49,144 nucleotides of DNA from positions 1 to 49,144 of the forward strand of contig LXFE01000904.1 in NCBI GenBank assembly GCA_001929475.1, read 5' to 3'. Origin of the DNA: Neolecta irregularis DAH-3 (taxonomy: Eukaryota). Positions 13,488-26,600 of the stretch are shown in pieces (within the stretch, counting starts at the first letter, position 1; each line of letters opens with the position of its first letter). The translations under genes were made by a program, and so were the position numbers. A model generated the notes under the pieces. The model ran no database searches, was not told the DNA's origin, and saw only the letters and a program-made list of their open reading frames with translations.

Positions 13488-13719
13488 ACATTTTCGCATT
13501 TTTGGACGCTTTCGATTTTTCGGTTATATTTGGGTTAATAGAATGATGGCATTTTGGAAAATTGCATTCGTCTGGACTCTGGTGCGTTTGGATTGGATAT
13601 TCGCCTATGATACAGCGCTAGTCGTGACTACTTTAGCAATATTGGAAAGGTCTTTTTGGGGGCAGAAAGTCGACACTCGCAAAGGCTTCTAAGAGAATCC
13701 TGGGGAAACAAAATTGTAT

Positions 13720-16301
13720 TCATGTATATCCTTGATTATTTATTTCTTCCTCATCATCTGCATCAAGGTCAAAGATAACATGTGTCTGCCCATCTTGAGC
13801 CAACATACAGCCGATCCTTCTCCCAACATTTCCATTTACCGCCAATTTGCAGGGCTGAAATGACTTTACAAACTCGCGCTTTCGATTCCAAGATGGGGAT
13901 ACTATTGGTGCATTGTTCATGACCAATTCTCCAATACGGGTATTATCACGGAGAGGCCCGAGGGGAATAAAGTTGAAATCGTCGAGCGTTACACAACTGA
14001 GCATAGTATAAGGATCTAGGAGTCAACCATGTCCATATCCTTTAGTTATACCCGTGTCTTTACAATTAGACAAAAGAATGAGGAGTGTCTCAATATCTTC
14101 AAAACAGAAATCTTGTGTTTGTAGCCTTTCTTCATCTTTTCTCAAATCGATTGCAACGCCTGAAACAATCCCCTCTGGCTTTTCGAGTCCTTTCCGTGGA
14201 AACTCAATTTTTACGAGGTACACTAATCATAAGTAGAGTATGTCCGAGGGAAATACAGCAAGTTTTCTCTGTTCGAGATGAGAAAGCGACGATTATCTGG
14301 AGTTGATAGTTCTCTTCTTAGCTGTCACATTTAACAGGACATACATTCTCCCATACTCGAACATCGAAATGATAATCTCCTCCGCGAGACAATATATCAA
14401 TTGACTCGGTGGACGAAATTCTTTGACACACGTTTTTCGCTGGTACCTCATAAATAGCTTGGCATGAAGCAGATAACTTCGAGACAAGTTCTGATAAACT
14501 GCTTTCTGAGAGTTTAAGAGTTAAACAAACTGACAACATGGCATGCATACCAACGACCGCGTTTTCTGTCGTCTTTTGACAAAGAAACAGATCCAATGGA
14601 GAATCATTAAATCTATCCCTGAGATACGAAACGACTTCAGAAGGGTTGAATTCAGGAGCAATCTCGCTGTTTTCAATTTGTTGCACATCATCAAACACAA
14701 TCCTTAACCAAATCGTGAAATTTCGAAAAGCTTCTACTTCTTTATTGAGTTCGAGAAGGAATTTGTGACTCTCATGGTAAAGTTCCTTCAAGGCAGATAT
14801 TGGTCCATCAATTGTATCGATACCGAGAGTAAAGTCATTTTTATAGTTGGCCCTTTCCCTCAACAAACGAAATATTATATAGAATACCACTTGACTGCAC
14901 CTTTGAGCTCGCTCAATAATACTGACAGATGATCGCATGCGAGAAGGATGTTATCATGCGTGAGATTACGTAGATGATCATATGCTGTATTCAGTGTTTT
15001 CTCCCAAGCCTTAAGTCCCTTGTTATAAGCTTAAATAAGCAGCGATCCATACTCTCTCCGTCAAATCGGTAAGAAGCCAGTCCCTCGTAGGTGCACTGGG
15101 TATCCCAGTAAGTAAAAGTTGGAAGAGTTCAGGTGTAGGAGTCACTGAATCGCCAACTGAAAATCAATCTAGAGGAATCAAAATGAATCTCATACCTCGA
15201 TGAGCAATGAGAGAACTTTGAAACTGCTTGATATGCTTTTGTGTCAGATCAAAAGCCACTTTCCATTCGGCTTGCATATTTTTAACTGCCTCCCTAATAT
15301 ATGCAACAATTCCAGTAATTCGAGTAGAGATTTTGGTGATTCGAAGCAATTGCGAGGGTGTGTCGTCTAAGAATGCAATATGTTGGTAACTCAACCGGAG
15401 AGATGATGAATCGTCCACAGCGAGGATTGCTTGTAATGACTGATCTGGAGAGCATGCATGCTTTACAAAATATATGTTCTGAATGTTCGGCGAGAATAAA
15501 GGGAGATTTGAAATCACCTCGTGAGGCATTGGAAATATATACTTTTCGAGTATTCCTAGCATGTACGTGCCATCCAGGCTTAACATTAACAAAACTCGAA
15601 AGGGGCAGTACCAGATAACGAGATTTCCTCCAGCGTCTACAACCAATAAAACATTGAGTAACGAGTCTAGTTCGCCTGAATCCTCTTTGCTTTGATTCGT
15701 GTTGAAATGGTAGAATGTCCCACTGTTACAAAGTCAGGAAGAGCAGGAGTATAAAATTCTACGTAGTCCGTATATTAAGAAGCTTGGGCAACTCTGGGAG
15801 ATAGCCAATTACACTTTCTGGCGGATTCGACCCAGGCTGCAGTAAGAGAATGGTCAGTAAAGACTGGAATGCCTACCTTGATTGGAGGAATACGTTCGGT
15901 TTGAAACATCTGCTCGTTCCATGCAAGGCATCTTATTGGGGAGAATGGAGTATTCAGGGATAGACTATGCACAATCTTGCCTTCCTGAACATTGCAAAGA
16001 CTTATAGACCCCGTGGAAAATCCAATCGCTAATACTTGACCTCAGAAAGTCAATTTATTTTTTACGAATGAGCACTACCATCGGGTTTCCATGAAATAGT
16101 AGTAATTTGGCCAACATTTCCCTTTATTTCACGGGTTCGCAAAGCCCATACTCTTTGTCCGCGATATCTATACAATAACAAGTCATTTGTATTTGTGACA
16201 AGAGCAATTAAATCCATTGTAGGACACCATTCGATAAGAACGGCAGCTTCAGAGAATTTTTTCTCTTTCTCGATCAGGCTGAATTGCTGTAAAGAGTTCA
16301 T
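13720..16301 (-). CDS. APC4: Anaphase-promoting complex subunit 4 (Apc4/Lid1), multi-exon
   Basis: N-terminal WCPTMDLIAL...WKPDGQVLAIG WD40 start; LFQLLLTG in the helical domain; acidic C-terminus FDLDADDEE. Confidence 0.88.
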
Positions 16302-16523
16302 CTCTTCCGTTTAAGGTACACTTCAGAGGTTACCAACATCCTGTTGATTTAGTGTAGACATCATTCCATTCAACCCACTTCACCACCAAACACCTTATCC
16401 TGAGAGATCTTCGGATTGTGGTCGTAGGATCCTGCCGTCTGACTTGTTCATACTGTACATTTCTTAAACGTGGAAAAAATCAGGGACCAAAATAAATAAA
16501 CTGAAGGCCAAACCAAGATACTC

Positions 16524-18843
16524 ATGGCCGATATCGATTCGCCAAATAAAACACAGCAGATATTTCAAAGCCCTGATTCAAAGCAAAAAATCGCAAGGTT
16601 TCGAAGTCCGTCTTTTTAAGTGGCGAAATGTGCTAACATACCTAGCGGACCTTAACTCTAATGCATCTCAAACATTTTGTAGAAATATTACAATATTTGG
16701 AAACTGTAAATATGAGAAGGCAGGCTGTATGTTCAAACACGAGAGGGTAAGTGTCCCACTGTCTATCATTATTTATGCTATTAGGATCCCCCGCCGCAAC
16801 CAAAACTGGAAAGGTTCTATTCACTTTATTTGGATTGCTATTGACTGGCAGAAGTAGTACAAAGCTCAAGGCGGATTCGCCACATTTCAAACCAGTAACA
16901 ATGTCTAGCAAGCCAATTGCTGCAGATATGATCAAAGCCGCACCATTCGTGCCAAAAACTGGTATACATTCAACTTTGTTGCCCCATCTAACGACACAGC
17001 TACGGAGGCAAAGAAAGCTTCTTCGGTGGATGATACCCGGCTGCAAACACCAACAGATATGATGTACGGGTACATCTAATTTATGAGGCAAATTGTTGAT
17101 GTCAAGCACGGGATATACACCCAGTGTGACGAATACTCCTTACAATGAAACAAATTACACAGACTATGGATTTCAAGGAAACCAAATGACCTCGGATTTC
17201 GCTTCAATGACATTCTCTGTATATTTTGCATCTAATCTTGACTGATATCTTAGCCTTCGGCGAATGAACGACATACAGCATCTACTACGACAACCGAACA
17301 AACCAATCAATATGACTATGTCGCTCCAACAATGGATATGTATTATTCTCAACCCACAGTAATGCCTCCTCAATACCATTTATATGCATCGTTACCGCCA
17401 CATTCGATTAAACTAGCCTCCAATCAGACCTTTTCTAATGGATTCTTTCTTCCAGATGAGTTCCGAGTAGAGCTACAGCGCAAGTGCGAGGCAACCTTGC
17501 AGACTTTTGCGGATACTTCATTGCCAGAGAGCGTTGGAACTTACCATTCCCTTGTTCCTCTTGATTATCAACGGTCGAAATCAAGAGGTCCACTCGGTGC
17601 TACTATGCTTTACAAAGCTATGAGCCGATCAGATGGGAAAGCGTATGCATTGCGGACCTTTGACGCACAATTCCTCAAGAACGATCAAGGTCTCAAGGTG
17701 ATTGACTCATGGCGAAGGGTGGATAGTTCTTCATTGATATCCGTATATGAAGCTTTCACGACAAAGGCTTTTGGTAACAATGGTATGGTCATAGTATACA
17801 TATTTGTGGAATAATGATGTAGCTGTTGTTGTGGTCTATGATTACCATCCTCTTTTGCAGACTCTACTTGAGAGTCGTACAGGAAGAGTAGCGAGACTCG
17901 ATTCGACAGCCCAGGAACAACAACTATGGAGTTTTATGTGTCAAATAGCTCTTCTTTTGACCAAAGCGCATGCTGCAGGATTGGCAGTGAGAGCATGGGA
18001 TCCTTCAAAAGTCCTTGTTACATCCAAGTCAAGGTGAAGATTGACGTTCTATCTGTTTTAATTGTCGCAGAATTCGTTTTAGCGGGTGTGGATTACTTGA
18101 TATCATGGAACCTAGTCAAACCCCCATCGATGAGCTTCAGCGCGATGATCTTGTCCAGATGGGGCGGTTGATTGTTCATTTAGCCACCAACAGCTTTTCT
18201 CTCGCCGATTTCAGTAATGTAGATGCAGTTCTGTCTGGGTTTAGCCTTGAATTTCGAAGTATACTGCGGCAGCTGCTCGGTCAAATTACAGGCATTGATA
18301 CAGTATCCCACTTGATTACCGCGCTCGCACCTCATTTAGCGGACAGTCTGGATGCTTCATTCTAGTATTTAATTTCCTCAAGGCAATCTGACATCATAGC
18401 TCAACGGATTATATTACAACTCTGATGACTCGAGAGCTTGAAAATGGACGACTTGTTCGTTTACTGTGTAAATTGGGGTTCATTAACGAACGGGGTGAAT
18501 TTGAACTCGACAAGCAGTGGTCTGAAGGTGGTGACCGTTATGTGATTAAATTATTTCGAGATTATGTGTTTCATCAGGTAGACGAAAAGGGAGCTCCAGT
18601 TGTGGATCTCGCACACGTCCTGACGTGTTTGAATAAAGTTCGTTTCTTTAAATCTTGGTATGCTGATGATTAGCTGGATGCTGGAGTCGACGAGAAAATT
18701 GCTCTTGTAACAAGAGACGAGAACAATATCATTGTCATCTCTTACAAAGAGGTGTTGTATCCTGAAGAATATAGCTAACGAGGCAGCTCAAATCTGCTAT
18801 AGACACCGCATTCAGCATGCTTACTTATAGTCGACCACAGTGA
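16524..18843 (+). CDS. PAN3: PAN2-PAN3 deadenylase subunit Pan3, multi-exon
   Basis: CCCH finger [24 protein letters not shown]2-like [10 protein letters not shown], pseudokinase YHSLVPLD / [36 protein letters not shown]. Confidence 0.95.
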
Positions 18844-18948
18844 TTTCAGGAATGGTTCGGTCATCGGCGCTTCAAGATACATGGTTGTACTATATGTAAC
18901 AAGGCTTTTGATTACCTAAATACCTTTTCCTATAATCACTTTATTGCC

Positions 18949-19421
18949 TCATTCTTGATCCTGTAAGAATGGATTAGCAATTTCTTCGCTTCCATCAACA
19001 GGCGATATAAGCACAAGATTTGGGCCGCGTAATACAACGAGTCCAAGAGACCGAGTTTGGTCAGAGATGTTTCCTTCTGCATCTGAATGTCATGATCAAC
19101 ACTTTCTCTCTCAAAGACGAATACCGCGGAGAGATTCTTCTACATCATCCAATACCAGGTTCATGAGCTGATCGTATCCTTTCAATAGTCCAATCACTTG
19201 TATGTCAGCATGCGTGCAGTTGCTTCAAAGATAATGGTACCTTCCCGTCCCCCAGCAATTTTTACACGGATCTTTTGATCCTGGTACTTTACAAGGTCTA
19301 TAACTACCGTCTTTTGCTGGATTCGATCGCCCGGAGTACCGCCTCCTCGGTGGTTTCCACGGCCTCTGCCTCGGCCCTGGAAAATAAATGTTGTTTAGAC
19401 AAAAGAACGCACCCGTTCCAT
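18949..19421 (-). CDS. LSM7: Sm-like protein Lsm7, 4 exons (first coding exon only MER)
   Basis: Spliced translation MERGRGRG...IDLVKYQDQKIRVKIAGGREVIGLLKGYDQLMNLVLDDV...RSLGLVVLRG...DGSEEIANPF; missed by ORF track. Confidence 0.92.
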
Positions 19422-19821
19422 TGCAGCAGATAATAAATGTCTCTGAGGTTTCTAGACTATAGTCCAAGGCCCTGCTAATATCTACAGGCTGGTTGGAGCA
19501 ATGATCCGCGCAAAAGTGTAGATTGTCAGTGTGAGCAAGATCGTGCGACTCCCAGAACTCCACATCATTCGTCTTCTCGCCTCCATCGAGATCATTGTCA
19601 CTTTCAACCGCCAGTTTTTTCGCTCTATTTTCCTCAGTAAACATACTAAAAGCACTGTTTACCAACAAGGTGTGTGTGTGTGATTGTCCTTATTTAATTC
19701 TAATCGTGAAAACTATTGCTGACGTACCTAGTCCAGCCCTATCCTAAATTTCCAGTTCCATCCTTTGACACCAACTTTATACGCGTCAATTATACCAAGT
19801 AACGCTTAATCCTGGTCGGCA

Positions 19822-22800
19822 ATGAACGTCGGAGAGCTTCTTCAAAACACACTTTCTACCAGTACGTGCATTTTCATGCAGGAGATGGAATATTTCCACT
19901 CCTCTTGAATCCCCGGTAGGATTTTTTCGCTGATACTCTTGTAGATGCAAAACTTCGACAAGATGCCGTTGAAGCCCTGGAATTGGCTTACACAAATCAT
20001 TTTGTACGCCCTTTTTAAAGTCTCCTACTGGGGTTCTAATACTTTATATAGCCGGCTTATGTAGCTATGCTTTCTCAAGAACTAGCAAGCGAGAATTCCC
20101 CGTCTCATATTCGAAACGCTGCTGGATTGGCTCTAAAAAACACTCTAACCGCAAAGGTGAGTCAATCAAGCGCAAACCTCGCCTCATAATCCAGGAAGCT
20201 GTAAGAAGGGAAGAATATCACCACAAATGGATTATGTTAGAGGATAATACGAAGCAGCAAATCAAACAAAGCGTAGTTCCTCTATGAAAGTGTACGATTA
20301 ATCAGTAGGCACTACAAACGCTCAACTCGCACGATCAAAAGGCAGGTCAGTCTGCTGCTCAGTATATTGCAGCTATCTCTGCAATCGAAGTCCCTCGAAA
20401 TGAATGGCCAGAACTAATGCCTCAACTTGTTCAAAACGTTTCTGAGGGTCAGGAGTGGCACTTGAAACACGCTTCATTGCAAGCCATTGGTTATATATGC
20501 GAGAGTGTGGTATGTTTCCTTATTTAGGATATTTTATTGAGATAATAGGATCAAGAATATCTTGCGACTCAAGCCAACGCAATTCTTACCGCGGTCGTCT
20601 CTGGAGCTCGCAAGGAGGAATCAAACGCTAATGTTCGACATGCCGCTATTATGGCTCTGTTCGATTCGCTAGAGTTTGTCCGAGAGAACTTTGAACGCGA
20701 GGGGGAACGAAACTATATTATGCAAGTAGTCTGCGAGGCAACCCAAGCAGAGGATAATCGAATTCAAGTAGCTTCCTTTGGCTGTCTTGTCCGAATTATG
20801 CAACTTTACTACGATAAAATGCGTTTTTATATGGAAAAGGCCTTGTTTGGCCTGACGGTTTTGGGAATGAAACATGACGATGAGAATGTTGCGCTCCAAG
20901 CTGTTGAATTCTGGAGTACTGTCTGTGAAGAGGAAATTGAGATCTCATTGGTGATTCAAGAGGTTTGGCATAATCCTTTTTCGAGACTTATCAAACAGGC
21001 AGCCGAGGTAGAAGAGCAGACTGAGACGGAATGTTTCCATTTTGCCAAAGTAGCTCTTCCTGAAGTTCTTCCTGTTCTTTTGCAACTACTTTGCCGTCAA
21101 GAAGATGATGCCGAGGAAGATGAATGGAATGTATCAATGGCCGCTGGAACCTGTATTCAGCTTTTCGCCCAGTGCGTTGAAGGGGCGATTGTTCCTCCCG
21201 TACTTGGATTTATCGAAGGAAATATCCGGAGTGATGATTGGAAGAGGCGAGAGGCTGGAGTCATGGCCTTTGGATCTATTTTAGAAGGACCAGAGCCAAC
21301 ATTGTTGGAACCACTTGTTCAGCAAGCTCTTCCGGTTCTTATTGGTATGATGTCGGACCAGCATATTCAGGTTAAAGATACTACTGCTTGGACGCTGGGT
21401 CGTATTTCGGATCTTGTCATTTCAGCTATTTCGCCTGAAGCTCATCTGCCGAGTCTCATTCAGGCTCTGCTAGCGGGCCTTAATGATAATGCACGGATCA
21501 TCTCAAATTGCTGTTGGGTATGCCTTTTGTAAAGAATGACGGCCGATTTGGTAGGCTTTGATGAATCTGGCAGAGCAAATTGGAGGAGATGGACTCGAAA
21601 ACCAAACATCATTGATGTCCCCATACTATGAGTCTGTCATCTCTGCCTTGATGCGTATTACTGAAAGGAAAGTTACACAGCTTTGAAACATCTAACACAT
21701 TGCAGCGCCGCAAATGAGAACAATTCCCGGACATCTGCATATGAAGCCTTATCGACCCTGGTGTCGCAGGCTGCCATTGATGTCTTACCTATGATTGCCG
21801 AGTTGAATAAGCTAGTTCTTGATAGACTTGAGCGTACAATCGCCATTCAAAGTCAAATTGTAGGACAAGATGAACGAAACAATCATATCGAGCTTCAGTC
21901 CAACCTTTGCAGTCTCTTGACTGTATATTCTCTTTCACCGTAGAGTCTCACCTTTGCTAGAATATCATCAGAAGACTGGCGTCTGAGATCCGTCCTGTGT
22001 CTGACCGAATCATGTCTATCCTTCTCCAGCTACTGGGATCTGCGTCCAAGCAGTCTATTGTTTTTGAAGATGTCTTCCTCTGTGTTGGTGCTCTCACATC
22101 AGGCACAATCTTTCTTATTGTATATGCTGACTAGACAGCTTTGGAAGTCAACTTTGGAATCTATTTGGACCCATTTGCTCCCTACTTGTATAATGCACTT
22201 CAGAACCAGGAAGAACATCAACTATGCTCGATAGCTGTTGGGCTGATTGGCGATATATCTCGAGCTCTTGGAGAACGTTGCATGCCATATTGCGATAAAT
22301 TCATGCAACATCTCGTCGAGAATCTCCAGGCAGGTCATCTTGGCAAGTCCTACTCTGATTTGAGCAGAGCTCTGTCGTGCACCGAAACGTTAAACCGGCA
22401 ATCTTGTCATGTTTTGGCGATATTGCGCTTGCTATTGGACCAGGTTTTGAGAAATATCTTGATGGTGTGATGCAATTCCTCCAGCAAGCCTCTTCGGTTA
22501 CTGCTGCACCAGATAATGCTTATGATATGGTTGAATATCTCAATCAACTTCGGGAAGGCATCGTCGAAGCTTATGTCGGCATCGTCCAGGCTTTGAAAAC
22601 TGGTGGTAAATGTATAAAATTATTTATTTGTAATCTTCGCTAACCGATAGCCGAACTCCTGCTGCCTTATGTTCAGCATATTTTTGGCTTCCTCGCAATG
22701 ATCAACAGCGAACCAGAAAAGACCGAGACACTTATCCGCGGCGTAGTTGGTCTCTTAGGGTACCTTACATAATGTATGAAACGAAAACTAACTTTTTCCA

Positions 22801-22961
22801 GCGATCTTGCTGAAGCCTTCCCAGACAAAAAGCTTCGGCAGCTTTTCCTCTCTGACTGGATCAATGAGTGTCTAAGAGTCGGGCGCCAGAAGAATGGTTT
22901 ATCACAGCAGACAAAAGAAGTTGCACGATGGGCAAGAGAGCAGATTAAACGGGCCATCTAG
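19822..22961 (+). CDS. KAP95: Importin beta-1 (karyopherin beta), about 13 exons
   Basis: [88 protein letters not shown]. Confidence 0.97.
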
Positions 22962-23195
22962 AGGACTCGGGACATATTTTTGCTCTTTCTTTTGTTCGCT
23001 GCATATGATTTAATTTGGTTTTGTAGTCGGCAAGTCCCATCAATATTATATGATAGACTGAATCTGGGATGCGGCGCATCATTTGATGCACTTTTTTAGT
23101 GATCGTTTCCAAGCAAGACGGAGTTTCAATATCAGAGACATCCAAAACCTTGCGCTCAACACAACCCAGCCACCACCATTATCATCATCCTCCTC

Positions 23196-23691
23196 ATGCA
23201 TTTCTACTTGAAGTTATCTTGGTTGACCTTTTTCACAGTTGTCTTCTGTCTAAGTACGTGCCCTTTTTGTATTTATATTAAACAAAAGGCTTATACGGTA
23301 CCCCCTCTGCCCTTTTTTGATATTTAATAAAAAAAGTCTATAGAGAATACTGGCAACGCTATATACCGTCCCGGTTACGCGCATACACCCGTATCCCGAT
23401 ATCATCTTTTGAAGACGACATCGAAGGAGGCCTGACTTCAGCAAACTTTGATCTGCGATATAATATCCAGAATGGCGATGCTCGGGGCGGGTTAGATGAA
23501 GCTGGAAAGCGTGAGATCCACAAGATTATGACCACGCAACTTGTTTCATTTGACGAGGCGAGGAGAATATTGCTACAAGGTAGAATGAAGAAGAATGGTT
23601 TGTCTTGATGAAAACTGTCAAAGCTGAACAGCTAGGCATTGATCCGAAATCCGGGCGGCCCTTAGACCCGAAAGCTGTGTTCTTTTCTTGA
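23196..23691 (+). CDS. DUF2015/UPF0357 small fungal protein with N-terminal hydrophobic segment, 4 exons
   Basis: Spliced: SFEDDIEGGLTSANFDL...DARGGLD...FDEARR...NGIDPKSGRPLDPKAVFFS; not in ORF track. Confidence 0.85.
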
Positions 23692-23898
23692 GCATATTCT
23701 GTGTGGGGTTGTATTGGAGTCGAGGGTATTTTGGTTATATGGGGAACTTAGTGTCAAGTAAATAAGTCGAGACGAATCAGATTTATCAAATTTGCCTTTT
23801 ACCAAACTACTATTTGTTTGTTGGATCAACCAAAAAAATCTACTATTACACACATACACCGAATTTAAACTATCGAAGTCCCGAAATGAAAAAAAGTT

Positions 23899-26293
23899 CT
23901 AGTCCAAAGCAACTGGTTTCTGTCCCCATCTAGTTTTGAAAACTACGAGTGGTTTTCCTTGTTGTTCCTTTTCATGTTGTTCTCTCCATTCTCGGCCTTT
24001 TTGAGCGAGAGCTCTAAGTTCCTGGATAAAGCGATCTTGGATCTCGTTGGGAGTTTCATCTTTTTCGGAAATGGTGTAGGATTCTAGACGACGTTGGAGC
24101 ATGGCGATATATTCGTTCATGGGATGTTTCATTTCAGAGTATTGAACTTCGACTTGCCAGTCGTCTTTTGAAGTCGGCATTGGACTGCCCTCTACGAGGG
24201 TTTCGTTAACAAAGGAATCTGTTTCGACGACGAGACCAAATACTTTATCGCAAGTTGAAAGATGGTCCTTGTCGATTTCGGGGGAAACGTCGCGTATCGT
24301 GACATGCTTTGCACCATTTGATTTCTCAGGTTCTGTTGGTTTACTGGGTTCCTTAGACTTGGAATCTTCATCATCATGGCCAGTGAGTTCGAGTTCATGC
24401 AGTTTTTCTTCAATCTTTTCAACGGCTTCGGGTTTAACGATGCCCTGAGCCGATTCAAGGACTGCTCTTACTGCGCCGGCTTGATGCTCGTTGATTCGTG
24501 TTTCAGACATGGCTTCGACGATAACATACATCCGGTTCCTCAATCCGGGGTCTGTGTCAAACATCATTCTCATAGACTTGTAGCGTTAGCTTTGTGCGGG
24601 TCACCTGCAACATACTTGGTTTGGAAACCGTTTTGTTGCTTTTTGCAAAATGTCCTCTAGGATAGTGATACTGAGTTTGAATTCGCGGTTTCCGATTCCG
24701 TGTTCATGGCTTCCATGAATAGCACAATCCATTTCTTCCAAGCTGATATACTGGAATCCAAAGATACGATTGGTATTGTGAAAGGCAACAAAAATCCCGT
24801 CCATATTTCCTATTCGGACTTGGAGAGAATATTTCAAGAAAGCAGATCGAATAAGATCGTAGTATTCCCGTTCAAATGATTCGTATTCGCCGTAATTGCC
24901 ACGGATTTCGTAGCCGGACCCGTGTTCTTCAGCATTTGCAATATCCATTCGAACAGCGATAACCGCGCGTGTTTTTAAATCAAAGATACCGCTTCCAGGC
25001 AATCTGGGGTCATAGCAATCGAGTTGAGAACGCATGAGTATATCTCCGCATGTCGAAAAGTGGTAAACTTCCCTTTCGTTTCTCTCGGAAGGGGTGAGAG
25101 TATGGGAATTTGTTTTTCGGTATTTTTCAAGGACCGAGGGGGCTACGGTGAGCATTTTTTCCATTGAACGGCCCTAGGATATTATGACCAGACAAAAAGA
25201 CATAAATGTACGAGCCAAGAGAGGACGTTGTTATCGGTATCTAGACTTTTATCTGCATCTATCGAGTAGATGCCGTTGTTGCATCTCAGAAAGATGGAGG
25301 ACGGTGCTCGCTGCGCTCTTGTAAAAGTTTTCAGCATGCCGCCGTATTTACTAGACAACTTGGAGATCGACACGGACCTCCATGAGGAAAGGAGGAAATG
25401 AAAGTGCGAGAGAGTGGCAGTCATGCTCGATGTCGATCCGACAAATGTGCAATTGTGTTGGCGAGCTAACGAATCGAGATTCTATAAAGAAGGAGATTAA
25501 CTACGATAGCGGGGAAAATATACTGTATCACGAGACGAAGTGATATATTCGAACAAGGCGTCATAGTCAAACTCTTTTTTGGGCATGATCTTTTCGATAT
25601 AGGGATCAAAATTGTATACGTTGGAGCGCGGGTCTCGCATGTACGTGACGCCAGGACTGCGAAGTGAATACAGGATTGGAGCAGACATACTTGAACAGGA
25701 CACGGTCAAGACCATGAGCAAGACCTGCAACCTTTTTTTGTCCAGGCAATATGACTTCTGCACAAGATCAGCTCGAGATCAACAGCAATGCAACCTTTTA
25801 TATGGATATTCTCCGGTTTGAGCGAGAGCGTCTGTACTGTAACAGACCCGTCGATTGTGACATTGAGCGGTTCAGGTGCGGTGGTGTAGCCGGAGCGAGG
25901 AAGAAATTGTATCTTAAAGTTTCCATCTAAGGGCTTTCGTAGACGCCATTTCAGCACACGGGCAGAGAGCGTCTCGTCTGTAGACCGCAAAAATTCTTTG
26001 CTGGTAGTAGCCTTCATTTTGGAGGTTTGTTTTGCAGTGTCAAACACTGGAGCGGGGTTGCTATTATAGTTGCTACCGTCACCCTGGTCCATCTGCTTTT
26101 GGTGGTTTGCTTTCAGGATCGCCGTCGCTGCCTGGGTCGCCATACTTCCTATCTTCGATGTCGCAATACAGCCCTTTGCTTTTTCCTTCAGGCTCAGAAT
26201 CCTGTCCTTGCAGCCCACCATCTGGCTCTTTGCCCTGCAGTATTTCTGCTGGCGGATTGCCGCGACTGACTGGCGGCAGTGCATAAACTGCAT
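23899..26293 (-). CDS. PET127: Mitochondrial RNA 5'-3' exonuclease Pet127, multi-exon (start codon uncertain)
   Basis: LAHGLDRVLFNPGV, DPRSNVYNFDP, GSTSSMT, MRSQLDCYDPRLPGSGIFDLKTRAV, FLKYSLQVRIGNMDGIFVAFHN. Confidence 0.95.
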
Positions 26294-26600
26294 GAGAACA
26301 ACGAAAAAAAAAGCGAATAGAGGTGCGATTAGCGGCAGTCCTGAAATGGTCACGTGAGCGTCATGTGCAGGGATGCGTCAGTGGCGCACGCGCCGTCTCC
26401 CGCCTAACAAACAACGCTAGAACTGCGACCGCGGTTGTCCCCTGAACATGGGCCTCGTCAAAAGGCGGGCCCTGCCCTGGAAAGCGCATATACTCCACCG
26501 CATATACTCGACTGCATAAAACTCTCGCCTTTCCCAGTTTTCGTCTCACCACCATCCTCATCCTGCCATCCCGGTTCTACCGCCTTTAGTCTCCTCTGCT

